Under the pieces are notes generated by a model. The model was given only the letters and a program-made list of their open reading frames with translations, had not been told where the DNA came from and searched no databases. Below are positions 26,544-37,200 of a stretch of 64,000 nucleotides of DNA, piece after piece (position 1 is the stretch's first letter; every line of letters starts with the position of its first letter). Made by a program: the position numbers and the translations under genes. Source of the DNA: an uncultured Pyrinomonadaceae bacterium. GTDB lineage: Bacteria; Acidobacteriota; Blastocatellia; Pyrinomonadales; Pyrinomonadaceae. The stretch spans positions 68,920 through 132,919 of the forward strand of contig CAXSGY010000003.1 of assembly GCA_964237235.1 (NCBI GenBank). The letters are read 5' to 3'.

Positions 26544-26945
26544 ATGCGATTCTGGCTCGTCAAACAGGAACCCGAAAAATATTCGTTCGACGATTTGATT
26601 GCCGAAGGCGCGACTGATTGGACGGGAATCAGAAATTTTCAGGCTCGGAACAATCTCCGTGAAATGCGCGTCGGCGATCAGGTTTTGTTTTATCATTCGG
26701 TGTCGGAAAAATCCGTCGTCGGTTTAGCCGAAGTTTCCAAAGAAGCGTTTCCCGATCCGACCGGCGAAAATTGGCTGGCGGTCGAAATCAAACCGCTCGA
26801 AAAATTTAAAAAAGCCGTTTCGCTCGACCGAATTAAAGCGGAAAAAACTTTAGAAAATATCGCGCTGATCAAGCAGTCGAGATTATCGGTGATGCCTTTG
26901 AGTGCGGAAGAATTTGAATTGATTTTGAAAATGGCTGAAGATTAA
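26544..26945 (+). CDS. EVE (PUA-like) domain protein
   Basis: MRFWLVKQEPEKYSFDDL...WTGIRNFQARNNLREMRVGDQVLFYHS...RLSVMPL matches the EVE signature. Confidence 0.8.
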   Translation: MRFWLVKQEPEKYSFDDLIAEGATDWTGIRNFQARNNLREMRVGDQVLFYHSVSEKSVVGLAEVSKEAFPDPTGENWLAVEIKPLEKFKKAVSLDRIKAEKTLENIALIKQSRLSVMPLSAEEFELILKMAED

Positions 26946-26963
26946 TCATCAGTTATTGGTCGT

Positions 26964-27065
26964 GTCAGAACCATTTGCGTCTGCGGAATGATTAAACTGA
27001 CATTGATAAAGTCGGCGAATTTCAAACACCGCGTTTAACCACCCGCTAACGCAGGCGGTTCTGAC
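26964..27065. repeat. Imperfect long-range inverted repeat (23-nt arms, 18/23 complementary, perfect 9-bp ends GTCAGAACC/GGTTCTGAC)
   Basis: Arms at 26964-26986 and 27043-27065, in the EVE / ATP-grasp intergenic region. Confidence 0.4.
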
Positions 27066-27136
27066 TTCGCGCCGCCAAAGTAACTTGTCAATAACATTTA
27101 GTCGAAAACAATTAACCGTTTACCGTTAACAAAATT

Positions 27137-28492
27137 ATGCTGACAGAAGCCGTCGCTTATTATCATCAATTATTGGAAGATTTCGATTTAGCCGAATCGT
27201 CGCGGCTCGCGCTCGACGAAGGTTTGGAAGGCGCGCGCCTGATTTTCGGCGGTCGTCGCCTTTCGCCATATTTGCGCCCGCATTTCGTCGCCGAAGCGGA
27301 TTGGCAGCGCGTTTCCGGGATTTGTGAAACCGTCTGGTCGGCTCTGCAAAAGGTCAAGGACGCGGCGATTGCCGACGAAGCGATTTTAGACGAACTCGGC
27401 ATCACCGAAATCGAAAAGGATCTGGTGGCGATTGACCCGAAATATAAACAGGTTTCGCCGAACGCCAGGCTCGATTCGTTTTTGACCGAAAACGCTTATT
27501 CGTTTGTCGAATTAAACGGCGAATCGCCCGCGGGCGTGGCTTACGCGGATTCGGCGACCGAGATTTTCAAATCGCTTCCCGTGATGCAGAAGTTTCTGGA
27601 AAAATACGACGCGCAGGGCTTTGAAGGCAGACCGCTGCTGCTCGACGTTTTGCTGAAATGCTACACGGAGTTTAACGGCGGCTTGCCCGAGACAAAGCCC
27701 GTGATTGCGATTGTTGATTTGAAGGATTTGCCGACTCAGAAAGAGTTTGAGCTTTTCAAGGATTATTTTGAATCGGAAGGTTATACGGCTTTGATCTGCT
27801 CGCCCGACGAACTCGTTTTCGACGGCAAACGTCTGCTTTACAAGGAAGTCGCCATTGACATCGTTTATAAACGTCTGCTCGTCAACGAATACATCCCGAT
27901 TATCGAATCCGCGCCCGCGCTGCTCGAAGCATACCGCGCCGGAGCGGTTTGTCTGGTCAACAATTTTCGCTCGAAAATAATTCATAAAAAAGCGGTTTTC
28001 GCCGTTTTGACGAACGAGCGTTACGCGCATCTGTTCAACGAAACGGAACTCGCCGCAATCGGCGCGCACGTGCCGTGGACGCGCAAGTTCCGCGACGAAG
28101 CGACCGAAAATAAAGGCGAGCGAATCAATCTCGTCGAATGGACGCGGACAAATCGCGGCAAATTGGTCTTAAAACCGAACGACGATTACGGCGGACACGG
28201 CATTTATATCGGCTGGGCTTCGACCGTCGAAGAATGGGAAAAAGCGATTAATGTCGCACTCGAAAACGGCGATTATCTCGTGCAGGAACGAGTGCAAACT
28301 TCCAAAGAGTTTTTCCCGATGCTCGACGCGGCGGGCAACTGGCAAATGGTCGAACAACTCGTTGACCTCGATCCGCTTTTATACAACGGTTTGGTCGGTT
28401 CGGCGTTCACGCGCCTTTCTTCGTCGGAACTCGCCAACGTCTCTTCCGGCGGCGGAATGGTGCCGACTTTTATTATTCGAGAGAAGGAGTGA
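27137..28492 (+). CDS. ATP-grasp superfamily protein, probably circularly permuted type 2
   Basis: LVLKPNDDYGGHGIYIGW...GDYLVQERV is ATP-grasp-like, and the ~450-aa size fits. The subfamily assignment is uncertain. Confidence 0.5.
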   Translation: MLTEAVAYYHQLLEDFDLAESSRLALDEGLEGARLIFGGRRLSPYLRPHFVAEADWQRVSGICETVWSALQKVKDAAIADEAILDELGITEIEKDLVAIDPKYKQVSPNARLDSFLTENAYSFVELNGESPAGVAYADSATEIFKSLPVMQKFLEKYDAQGFEGRPLLLDVLLKCYTEFNGGLPETKPVIAIVDLKDLPTQKEFELFKDYFESEGYTALICSPDELVFDGKRLLYKEVAIDIVYKRLLVNEYIPIIESAPALLEAYRAGAVCLVNNFRSKIIHKKAVFAVLTNERYAHLFNETELAAIGAHVPWTRKFRDEATENKGERINLVEWTRTNRGKLVLKPNDDYGGHGIYIGWASTVEEWEKAINVALENGDYLVQERVQTSKEFFPMLDAAGNWQMVEQLVDLDPLLYNGLVGSAFTRLSSSELANVSSGGGMVPTFIIREKE

Positions 28493-28642
28493 CGGAACGA
28501 CTTTCCTTGATTTAATGTGAAAGTCGCGCGGAGTTTTATTTACTGAAATCTGTAATCCTTTACTTATTTTTATATAAAGGCTTGCGCTTAATCCGCGCCA
28601 GCGAATATGAAGAAGGGGATGATTGGATTTGTGCCAAAAATC

Positions 28643-28670
28643 TTGACAACTCGCTTCGTTTTAATTTAAT
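28643..28670 (+). promoter_or_regulatory. Candidate promoter TTGACA-16-TTTAAT for the repeat-protein gene
   Basis: Hexamers at 28643-28648 and 28665-28670. AAGGAG RBS 8 nt before the ATG at 28702. Confidence 0.35.
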
Positions 28671-28701
28671 GTGATTTTCACTACACTAAGGAGTTTTAGT
28701 A

Positions 28702-30774
28702 ATGAATAAAAGAGTTTCGATAGTTTTTAGAACGCTTTTGCCGGCGTTTTTGTTGTTGACTTTTATCAACGCCAAAGCGCAGACAGCGGGCAGTCTCGAC
28801 CCGGCGTTCGGCACCAACGGCAAGGTGGCGACGCACTTGACCGTTACGGCGACACTGAAGGATTTAGTAGTTCAGCCGGACGGTAAAACCGTCGCTGTCG
28901 GGACAACTTTCGCGCCGCCGCTCACGCCGAATTCAGCTCCGGCAGCGCAGACCACGTTTGTCGCTCGTTTTAATCCGAACGGTTCATTAGACCCAACATT
29001 TGACGGTGACGGTTATAACAATACGTTCTATATGAGTGATGCTTATTCTGTGGCATTGCAATCCGACGGAAAAATCGTGGTCGGCGGATTTTTCTTCAAT
29101 TACAGCAACAGCACATCGGCTTTCGCCGTTTATCGTTTCAATACCGACGGTTCACTCGACACGACGTTTAACGGGACTGGCAAAGTTGTCACATCAATCG
29201 GTATTAGCTCAATCATTTATTCTGTTAATATTCAAGCGGACGGCAAAATTGTCGCCGCCGGAGTAACGAATCTGACCGCACCCAATTCCAACACGGATTT
29301 CGCGGTTGTCAGATACAATACTGACGGTTCACTCGATACGACATTCGGCACGGGCGGACGAGTCGCCACAAACATCAATAATACGGATTACTTATCCGAT
29401 TCTATCATTCAAGCGGACGGAAAAATCGTCGCCGCCGGATATTCCACCGATGCTCTGGCAAACGTTAAACAAGCGACGATTGTCAGATATAAAAGCGACG
29501 GTTCGCTCGACGAAACTTTCGGCGCAGGCGGCAAAGTAATCAGAGCGACTACGACTAATTCGGACGCGCGTGAAGCGGCGATTCAGGCGGACGGCAAAAT
29601 AATCGTCGTCGGCGAAGGCATCGCGCCGCTCAGATACACCGCGAACGGCGCGTTTGAAACTGCTTTTCCGACAACGGGCGCATTTTTCGCGCATTCGGTC
29701 AAAATTCAATCGGACGGTAAAATCGTTGTCGGCGGCGGCGAAATCGGTTCAGACGGAAACAGCGATTTTGTTGTTGTCCGCTATCAAGCGGACGGCACGC
29801 TCGATACGAGTTTCGGAACGAACGGCAAAGTGAAAACGGATGTCAGCGGCAGCACCGCAATTGAGCAGATTGACATCCAGCCCGACGGTAAAATCGTTGC
29901 CGGAGGCACTCAATCAAACGAAAACTTCGAGTTATTGCTCGTGCGTTACGTCAGCGACGCGGGCAGACGCGCCGGAATGGATTTTGACGGCGACGGCAAG
30001 GCGGATTTGTCCGTGTTTCGCCCCGCAAACGGCGTGTGGTATTTCAATCAATCGCAAAACGGTTTTACGGGTCTGCAGTTCGGCATCGCTTCAGACAAAT
30101 TAGTTCCCGCTGACTACGACGGCGACGGCAAAACCGATATCGCCGTTTATCGGGACGGTAACTGGTTTATTCAGCGTTCACAGGCGGGTTTCGTTAATCT
30201 TCAATTCGGCGAAGCAACTGACATTCCCGTGCCGTCTGATTTCGATGCCGACGGCAAAGCAGACCTGGCAGTCTATCGTCCGTCCAACGGCGTGTGGTAT
30301 GTCCAGCGTTCGCAGGCTGGATTTACGGCTTTGCAGTTCGGCGCGGCGGAAGATAAGCCGGTGGCAGCGGATTTTGACGGCGACGGGCGGGCTGATTACG
30401 CAGTGTTTCGACCGTCGAGCGGCATTTGGTATGTCCAGCAGACGGGCGGCGGATTTACCGGCTTGCAGTTCGGCGCGGCGGAAGACAAATTAGTCGTTGC
30501 CGATTACGACGGCGACGGACGCGCGGACTTCGCGGTATTTCGACCGTCGAACGGATTCTGGTATGTGCAGCGTTCGACGCAGGGCTTTATGGGCATTCAG
30601 TTCGGACAGTCAGCGGATGTGCCTGTTCCGGCGGATTACGACGGCGACGGCAAAGCCGACATCGCCGTTTACCGGAACAATGTCTGGTATCTCAATCGTT
30701 CGACGCAGGGCTTTACGGGCATTCAGTTTGGTTCAACCGGCGACGCGCCGATTCCGGGCGCATATAACAGATAA
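28702..30774 (+). CDS. Secreted repeat protein: N-terminal delta-60-type beta-propeller repeats plus C-terminal FG-GAP/VCBS-like repeats
   Basis: Signal peptide, then at least 7 repeats of GSLDxxFGxxGKV...QxDGKIV, then 6 repeats of D(F/Y)DGDG(K/R)AD.AV(F/Y)RP.NG.WY. Confidence 0.75.
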   Translation: MNKRVSIVFRTLLPAFLLLTFINAKAQTAGSLDPAFGTNGKVATHLTVTATLKDLVVQPDGKTVAVGTTFAPPLTPNSAPAAQTTFVARFNPNGSLDPTFDGDGYNNTFYMSDAYSVALQSDGKIVVGGFFFNYSNSTSAFAVYRFNTDGSLDTTFNGTGKVVTSIGISSIIYSVNIQADGKIVAAGVTNLTAPNSNTDFAVVRYNTDGSLDTTFGTGGRVATNINNTDYLSDSIIQADGKIVAAGYSTDALANVKQATIVRYKSDGSLDETFGAGGKVIRATTTNSDAREAAIQADGKIIVVGEGIAPLRYTANGAFETAFPTTGAFFAHSVKIQSDGKIVVGGGEIGSDGNSDFVVVRYQADGTLDTSFGTNGKVKTDVSGSTAIEQIDIQPDGKIVAGGTQSNENFELLLVRYVSDAGRRAGMDFDGDGKADLSVFRPANGVWYFNQSQNGFTGLQFGIASDKLVPADYDGDGKTDIAVYRDGNWFIQRSQAGFVNLQFGEATDIPVPSDFDADGKADLAVYRPSNGVWYVQRSQAGFTALQFGAAEDKPVAADFDGDGRADYAVFRPSSGIWYVQQTGGGFTGLQFGAAEDKLVVADYDGDGRADFAVFRPSNGFWYVQRSTQGFMGIQFGQSADVPVPADYDGDGKADIAVYRNNVWYLNRSTQGFTGIQFGSTGDAPIPGAYNR
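29980..30771 (+). repeat. Six tandem ~126-132 bp coding repeats (FG-GAP/VCBS-like modules)
   Basis: The peptide unit DxDGDGxADxAVxRPxxGxWYxQxSxxGFxxxQFGxxxDxPVxA recurs six times. Confidence 0.85.
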
Positions 30775-30795
30775 ACATTTCGCTCAAAATTACCG

Positions 30796-30828
30796 AAAAA
30801 GAGGCTTGAGTTGCGAGCCTCTTTTTTT
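30796..30828 (+). terminator. Intrinsic terminator
   Basis: Stem AAAAAGAGGCT / AGCCTCTTTTT plus a T-tract. Confidence 0.7.
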
Positions 30829-30972
30829 ATTTATCCCGCGCCCGGTCTTATTTTCGCTGCCTGAAGGTTTTATAAAAATTATAATTTGTCGTGTTTCAAG
30901 CAAGCGAACGAATTGACATCTTACGACATCTTAAACTGCAAATCGGGTTAATAAAATTTTATCAAAAGCGAA

Positions 30973-33075
30973 ATGAATAATTATAAGAAACGGATTTTTC
31001 AAATGTTCGGCGCGGGTTTGTCAATCGCGCTGCTCGCCTTTGCCGCCATCGCTCAACAGCAAGTTCAAAGAGCGCGGTTCGACGTAACGAATTATCAGAT
31101 GGACGTTCAGCTCGTTCCGAACGAAAACAAGCTCAACGCGACGGTTGACGTTAATTTTACGCCGCTCGAAGACACGCGCACTGTTTCGTTTGAATTAAAC
31201 GGCTCGCTGAAAATCGAAAGCATCACGCGTCAGAATGCCGCCGCGCCGATTACTGCCGCGCCGACGAAAACAAAGAATGCGGCGGCGACGGTTAATAATT
31301 CTGCCGCCGGACAAGTGACGTTCGTGCAGGATCAAACCGGCGTTTCGGATTTAGGTCCGAGCGTGCGAATTGATTTGGGCGATACGGTTTTGAAGGGAAC
31401 GCCCGTGACGCTGCGCTTCAAATACGGCGGCGTTCTGGCGACTCCGAACGGCGGACCGCTGCTTACCAAAAGGCTCGCCTACATCGGCTCGAAGGACGGA
31501 TATTTGATGTATGCGGCGCGCTGGTTTCCGTTTCACGATTACGCGGCTGATCCGGCGACTTCGGACATTTCCGTTTCATTGCCCGCAGGCTTACAGTTGG
31601 TGGGTTTCAGCGACGCGCCGGTCAACGGCGCGGGCGGCAAATATCATTTCGTGCAGTCAAAACCGGCGTTAATCGGCAATTTCGCCTACGGTCAATACGC
31701 GAATAAAAATCTGCGTTTCGGCGAATACGAATTGCAGTTCAATACCCGCATCGGCAACGACGCGCAGGTCGCCGCCTACGGCGAAACGCTCGGCAAGGCT
31801 CTCGAATATTACACGAAACAATTCGGCGATCCGCAGGGCGGCAAGCGTCTGATCGTCGCGCAGATTGACGACGAAAGCCTCGATTTTTATTCAACGCAAG
31901 GAATGATTTTTATGGCGAGTCGCCTGTTCGAACAGCAGCGCGACGTTACGCAGGACCGCCTACAGCGCGAAGCTGCCTTGCAGTGGTGGGGCTTGACGGT
32001 CGGCTTGAAATCGTTTGACGATGCCTGGATTTCGCAAGGTTTAGCCGAATACAGCGCGTTCGCTTTGCGCGAAACGAGTCTGTCGGGCGCGCAGCTCGAA
32101 AATCTGCGCCGCGAGCTGCTCGAAAAATCCTTGACGTTCGAGCAAACCGCTTCGCTGACACGCGCTCCGGCGACTTTGGACGACCAGTCAACTGCCTATC
32201 AATATATAATGTATGGCAAAGGCGCGACGGTTTTCCGACTTTTGCGCGAAACGCTCGGCGACCAGAAATTTACGCAGCTTTTACGAAACTTTCTGCAACA
32301 ATATCGCGGCAAAAACGCTTCGATTGACGACTTTGAAAAATTGACGACACAGGTTGCCGGTCAGCCGATGCGCTACTTTTTCGCGCGTTGGGTCGAAAGC
32401 ACGGGCGTGCCGGAATTCTCCTTGGATTATCAAATTATCAGAACGCGCGGCGGCAAATTTGTCACGCGCGGCACGGTCAAACAAAATTACGATAATCTGC
32501 GTCTGCCGCTCGATTTACAGTTGAAAAGTGAAGGCGAGGGAGGTTTGAAAACCGTGACGGTTGACATCGAAGACGCGAGCGCGGATTTTAACATCGAATC
32601 GGACGGCAAACCGATTGGCGTAAACGTTGACCCGAACTTTAAACTTCTGAGAATTTCGCCCGATTTGCGCGTTTCTTCAATTGCCCGGCGCGGCATCGAA
32701 CAGTTCAAAGAAGGCAATTACGTCGAAGCGCAGCAGCAGTTTGAAGCGGCGTTAAAGCTCGACCGCTCGAACTCTTGGGTTTATTATCATCTCGGTTTGC
32801 TGTTCTTAGAGCAGCGCAACTACGACGTGGCGATTGATAATTTCAAAGCCGTTTTGGGCGGAAATTTACAACCGACGTGGCTCGCGGTCTGGGCGAATAT
32901 TAAAATGGGCAACGCCTACGACGCAAAAGGCGACCGCGCCCGCGGAGTCGCCGCCTACAAACGCGCCGAAGATTTGGGTGATAATTACGACAATGCCCAG
33001 CAAGCCGTCAAAAAATATCAAGCCACGCCATATGACCCGCGCGATAAATCGAACTCGATAACGGCAGCTAAATAA
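30973..33075 (+). CDS. M1-family (aminopeptidase N-like) homologue lacking the zinc ligands, with C-terminal TPR
   Basis: Signal peptide. M1-like core including YGKGATVF. The HEXXH-X18-E position reads REAAL-X18-Q (31966-32037). C-terminal TPR repeats. Confidence 0.75.
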   Translation: MNNYKKRIFQMFGAGLSIALLAFAAIAQQQVQRARFDVTNYQMDVQLVPNENKLNATVDVNFTPLEDTRTVSFELNGSLKIESITRQNAAAPITAAPTKTKNAAATVNNSAAGQVTFVQDQTGVSDLGPSVRIDLGDTVLKGTPVTLRFKYGGVLATPNGGPLLTKRLAYIGSKDGYLMYAARWFPFHDYAADPATSDISVSLPAGLQLVGFSDAPVNGAGGKYHFVQSKPALIGNFAYGQYANKNLRFGEYELQFNTRIGNDAQVAAYGETLGKALEYYTKQFGDPQGGKRLIVAQIDDESLDFYSTQGMIFMASRLFEQQRDVTQDRLQREAALQWWGLTVGLKSFDDAWISQGLAEYSAFALRETSLSGAQLENLRRELLEKSLTFEQTASLTRAPATLDDQSTAYQYIMYGKGATVFRLLRETLGDQKFTQLLRNFLQQYRGKNASIDDFEKLTTQVAGQPMRYFFARWVESTGVPEFSLDYQIIRTRGGKFVTRGTVKQNYDNLRLPLDLQLKSEGEGGLKTVTVDIEDASADFNIESDGKPIGVNVDPNFKLLRISPDLRVSSIARRGIEQFKEGNYVEAQQQFEAALKLDRSNSWVYYHLGLLFLEQRNYDVAIDNFKAVLGGNLQPTWLAVWANIKMGNAYDAKGDRARGVAAYKRAEDLGDNYDNAQQAVKKYQATPYDPRDKSNSITAAK

Positions 33076-33120
33076 GGGCTGAAGGACGAATAAAATAAAT
33101 TTTTCCCGCCCTGTTCAAAG

Positions 33121-33151
33121 AAAAAGCGAGTCAATTTTAGACTCGCTTTTT
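33121..33151. terminator. Bidirectional intrinsic terminator
   Basis: Stem AAAAAGCGAGTC / GACTCGCTTTTT with loop AATTTTA. Confidence 0.7.
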
Positions 33152-33244
33152 TCGTTTTATCCGAGCTTTGATTTTAAAAAATAATTGTCAGCCGTTTGTT
33201 TACGAGCCGGAATTTTATGAACTTGGCATCGCACAAAAAACAAT

Positions 33245-33997
33245 TCAATCGTCGTTTTTGATAAACGCCGCGTTTATTCTATCTATCTCGTTTTTTATGT
33301 TATTTCGGCTGATATTTTTATTTTTGTTTTTACCCGAAAAACGCGCCGACGGCGAATAAATTTTTTGCTTATCCGGCGAAAGAGTTGATTCATTTCGCGG
33401 CATCCGGCGAGATAATTGCTTTTTTACGAAATCGTAGCTGAATTCGCCGACCGGATTATTTTTGGTCGTCTCATTCCATTCCAGATACGTTATTTCAAAA
33501 ACAAACGAGGAACTGTTTTTCCAATTCAGAAAATTGTGCCGGAACGCAGGACTTTTCCTTTCGTCAAGGACGGAGATTTCATCGGCGGTTTTTGTTTTAT
33601 CGAAAAAATTATCTTCTCTGACAGTCGCGTCGGCGAATGACTTTACCAAATCCGCCGTTTTGTAGATGTTGATGCCATATGCGTTATTGACAGCCAAATG
33701 TTCCCCGTCGGGCGACCAGGAAATTGCGCCGGGCGTTTCGACCAAATTATAAAAAACGAACTCTTTTCCGTTTTCGTCGCTTCGTATCTTGACGAAATTT
33801 GCTTCGGCTTTGTCGTCCGTGCCGAAAAGAAAGCTCAATTTGTATTTTGAATTCGTTTTCCGGTCAATCGAAATTTCGTTTGATTTTCGGGTGGTTGGCG
33901 GCATTTTATCCGGTTTCGTTTGACCCGCCGTTTGGCTAAAATTAAAAGCGCACAGCAAAATCGTCAGCAGAAGAAATGAGAGCCGAAGTGTTTTCAT
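33245..33997 (-). CDS. Hypothetical secreted protein
   Basis: Signal peptide MKTLRLSFLLLTILLCAFNFSQTAGQ. No motif recognised. Confidence 0.5.
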   Translation of the reverse strand: MKTLRLSFLLLTILLCAFNFSQTAGQTKPDKMPPTTRKSNEISIDRKTNSKYKLSFLFGTDDKAEANFVKIRSDENGKEFVFYNLVETPGAISWSPDGEHLAVNNAYGINIYKTADLVKSFADATVREDNFFDKTKTADEISVLDERKSPAFRHNFLNWKNSSSFVFEITYLEWNETTKNNPVGEFSYDFVKKQLSRRMPRNESTLSPDKQKIYSPSARFSGKNKNKNISRNNIKNEIDRINAAFIKNDD

Positions 33998-34161
33998 ATT
34001 TTCATAATGAAGTCCTTTTGAGATTTTAGGAGATATTACAGCAATTTTCGATTGGATGCGACTCGGAAAGAAAGCGGAAACCCGCCCGCAAGATCAGTAA
34101 ACTCTTCGATCCTTTCCGCTCTTGCTGACGCGCGGGCTTTATTTGTTTGGATCATCAATTA

Positions 34162-34191
34162 AAAAGGCGAGCCGTGAAAGACTCGCCTTTT
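34162..34191 (-). terminator. Intrinsic terminator of the TonB-receptor gene
   Basis: Stem AAAAGGCGAG / CTCGCCTTTT. On the minus strand it is followed by a T-run. Confidence 0.65.
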
Positions 34192-34212
34192 CTTTTCAAG
34201 GTTATATTCAGG

Positions 34213-37200
34213 TTAGAAATTAAACCGAAACGCAAATTGAATTTGCCGATTTGTTCCCAAGCCGACCGTGCGCCCGACGGTCGAGCGCAAAACGCCGAAG
34301 GTTGATCCGGCGGCATCCTGGCTGAACGCTTGTCCGGGCTGTCGAACGGTTGAGGCACTCGCGTTAATTGTGAAAACCGGCGCGGCTAAACCGTTGGTCG
34401 CCGTCGGATTAATTGCCGTTAAAGTCGGCAGGGCGTTATTTAGCGTCACCGACGGATTGGCGAAATTAGTCGTGTTGAAGATGTTGAAAATTTCGGTGCG
34501 AAACTCGAAATTCATCGTTTCCGTCAGGCGGAATTTTTTCGCCAGCGTTAAATCAATTTGCTTGAAATTTGGACCTGAAAGCTTGTTGCGCGGAAAATCG
34601 CCGAAGGTTCCGGCGACAGGAATGGCGAACGCCGCCGGATTGATAAAGTTGCGGTCGCTGTCGAGAAACGGATTCACGCCCGCGATTAAATTCGGTCGTC
34701 GAACGTTGCGCGACGCGCCGCCGCCCGGCGTGTTAACGACTGCCGCGAATCCGGTCGGCAACGGCGGCGCGTTAAAAGCCGCCCCGTTCGCCGCGCCGTT
34801 GCCGACCGTCGGCAGATTGATCGTGTAGCCGTTCGGAACAAGCGTCGTCGAAACGGTCGTGCCGGAAACTGCCGTATTAACCAGACATCCGGCGGCGAGC
34901 TGACATTGCGCGACGACATCGGGACGCACGACTAAAACTTCAAGCGGAACGCCGCTTCGCGCGTTGACGATGCCGCCGACCTGCCAGCCGCCGGCGAGAA
35001 AATTGGCGGCTTTACCGAAATTGAAGCGTCGGTCTTTGCCGATTGGCAATTCATACAACGCGCTAAAATTGAAGGTGTGGCGCACGTCGAAGTTGTTGCG
35101 CCCGCGGTCGGCTTCAAAATTGTCGAGCTGCGCCGACGTGCGGGCTTCGTTTGAACCGGCAGTTAGTCCGTTGCTTTTCGCAAAAGTATATTGCACGTTC
35201 ATCGTCAAGCCGGTGCTGAGGCTGCGCCCCAGAGACAATTGCAGCGCGTTATACGAATCGTCGCCGCCGCTCGTTTTGTAGTCAACTTCGGCGAACGGAC
35301 GATTTTGCGTCGTGCCGGAAAGAACATCGAACTGGCGAACCGTGTTCACGCCGATGACTTGTCCGACGGCGTTCGTGCGGTTAATCACGCCGACTCCGTT
35401 CGGCAAATTCGCGCCGTTCAAAATCGTCGTGTTTCCCGCCAAAACCTGATTGGCGACGCTTCGCAAAAACAAATTGCGTCCCTGGCTGCCGACGTAAGCG
35501 ACGGTCGAGACCATTTTATACGGAAGCTGCTGCTGCCACGAAAAGCTGTATTGATAAACCTTTTCGGGAATTTGATAATCGCCCGAATAAGCGCGCGGCT
35601 GATATTGGCGATTTAAAGGATTGGCGTTGAAGTTGGCGATAATCTGGTCAATCGCGGCGGGAAACGCTAATAATTGCTGACCGTTAAAAACGGTCGAGCC
35701 GGAAATCGTCGAAGAAATGCGGTCGCTTTCAATCGGCTGAATCTGGTCTTCGGTTTGTCCGGGACCGTAAAAAATGCCGAAGCCGCCGCGAAACACCGAT
35801 TTGCCGCCGCTGAAGAATCCTTCGCCGCCCGCGTTCGGCGAATAAGTTAAGGCGATGCGCGGACCGAAATTCGTTTTCGATGATTTGAACGCCGCTTCGT
35901 TTGAAGGGCGCAGTTGTCCGGTTTTGATGTCGAACAAAACCTGCGCGTTGTTGCGCTCGCGCAAAGGCGTGTAATATTCGTAGCGCAAGCCGTAGCTCAA
36001 AGTTAAACCCTGCCGCAATTTCCATTCGTCCTGTGCGTAGCCGATGTAATATTCCTGTTTGGCTTCGCGCTCGCCGGTAATGCCGTTGTTGAACGGACTC
36101 GCCGCGCTGACATCGCCCAAATACTGCACCGACGCGGGCGTGTTGGCGAGAAAGGCGTTGAGGTTTGAAAACGTATAAGTCGTGCCGCCGAGACGATCCG
36201 TGTAAAGCCGAATCAAGCGAATTTCGCCGCCGAATTTCATATTGTGATTGCCGCGCACGGCACTCAAGCTGTCAATAAATCCAATCGAATACGGCGTATA
36301 TGGCTGACCGCGCCCGTTCGTGGCGGAGTTAGCGCGCACTAAACCGCCGGGAATCGAGATGCCCGAAGACTGTCCCTGTCCGGCGATGCCCGTGTTGGCG
36401 ACGCTGCCCGAGATATTCAAAATGATGTTAGAAAAATCAAGCCCGTTGATCGTCGGCGCGCTGCCGTTGATACGCGTGCGCGCGCCGTTGTAGCCGAGCT
36501 TGAATTCGTTAATCAGCGAGCCGCTTTTGTTCAAAACCGATTGATAGCCGAACACGCCGTTTTGCGGAACGGCTTCGATGTTTGTCACGCGACCGGAAAC
36601 GCCTTCGGGCGCGATGTCCGTGCCTTGGTCGCGGAAAAATCTGAAATACAATTTGTTGAGCGGGTTGAATTGATAATCGAATCTGGCGGCAAATGCTTTT
36701 TCGTCGGTTTTTTCGTCGGCTTGCAACTGCGCGATGTCGAAATCGGCGTTGGTCGAAGCGTTCGGAATAATCACCGCGGCGGGCGATTTGAAAGCCGCGA
36801 TATACGGTCTGACCGAAGCGACCGCGCGCGCCGCGGCAACCGCCGACGGCACGGCTTCGACGAAGTTCAAGCCGAAACGCCCGCGATATTGTTCATAGGA
36901 GGCGAAAAAGAATAATTTGTTTTTAATAATCGGTCCGCCGATTGAGCCGCCGAACTGGTCGAGCGTCAATTTGCTTTTATCAATTCCCGGCGTGATATTG
37001 TCGAAATAATTGCGCGCGTCGAGCGCGTCGCGGCGCAGATATTCAAAAGCCGAGCCGTGAAAGCTGTTGCCGCCGGATTTGGTGACGACCGAAATTTGTC
37101 CGCCCGTTCCCGTGCCGAATTCAGCCGGGTAGTTTGACGAATCAACGCGAAACTCCTGCACGTTTTCGAGCGAAGATTGCAGGCGAAACGGCGACGGAAC

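Noticed and set aside
34060-34140. Interleaved complementary segments (AGCGGAAA/TTTCCGCT and GCCCGC/GCGGGC) suggesting a pseudoknot upstream of 33997
   Set aside because: The stems are only 6-8 bp, with no second copy and no known motif. This is too weak to call.
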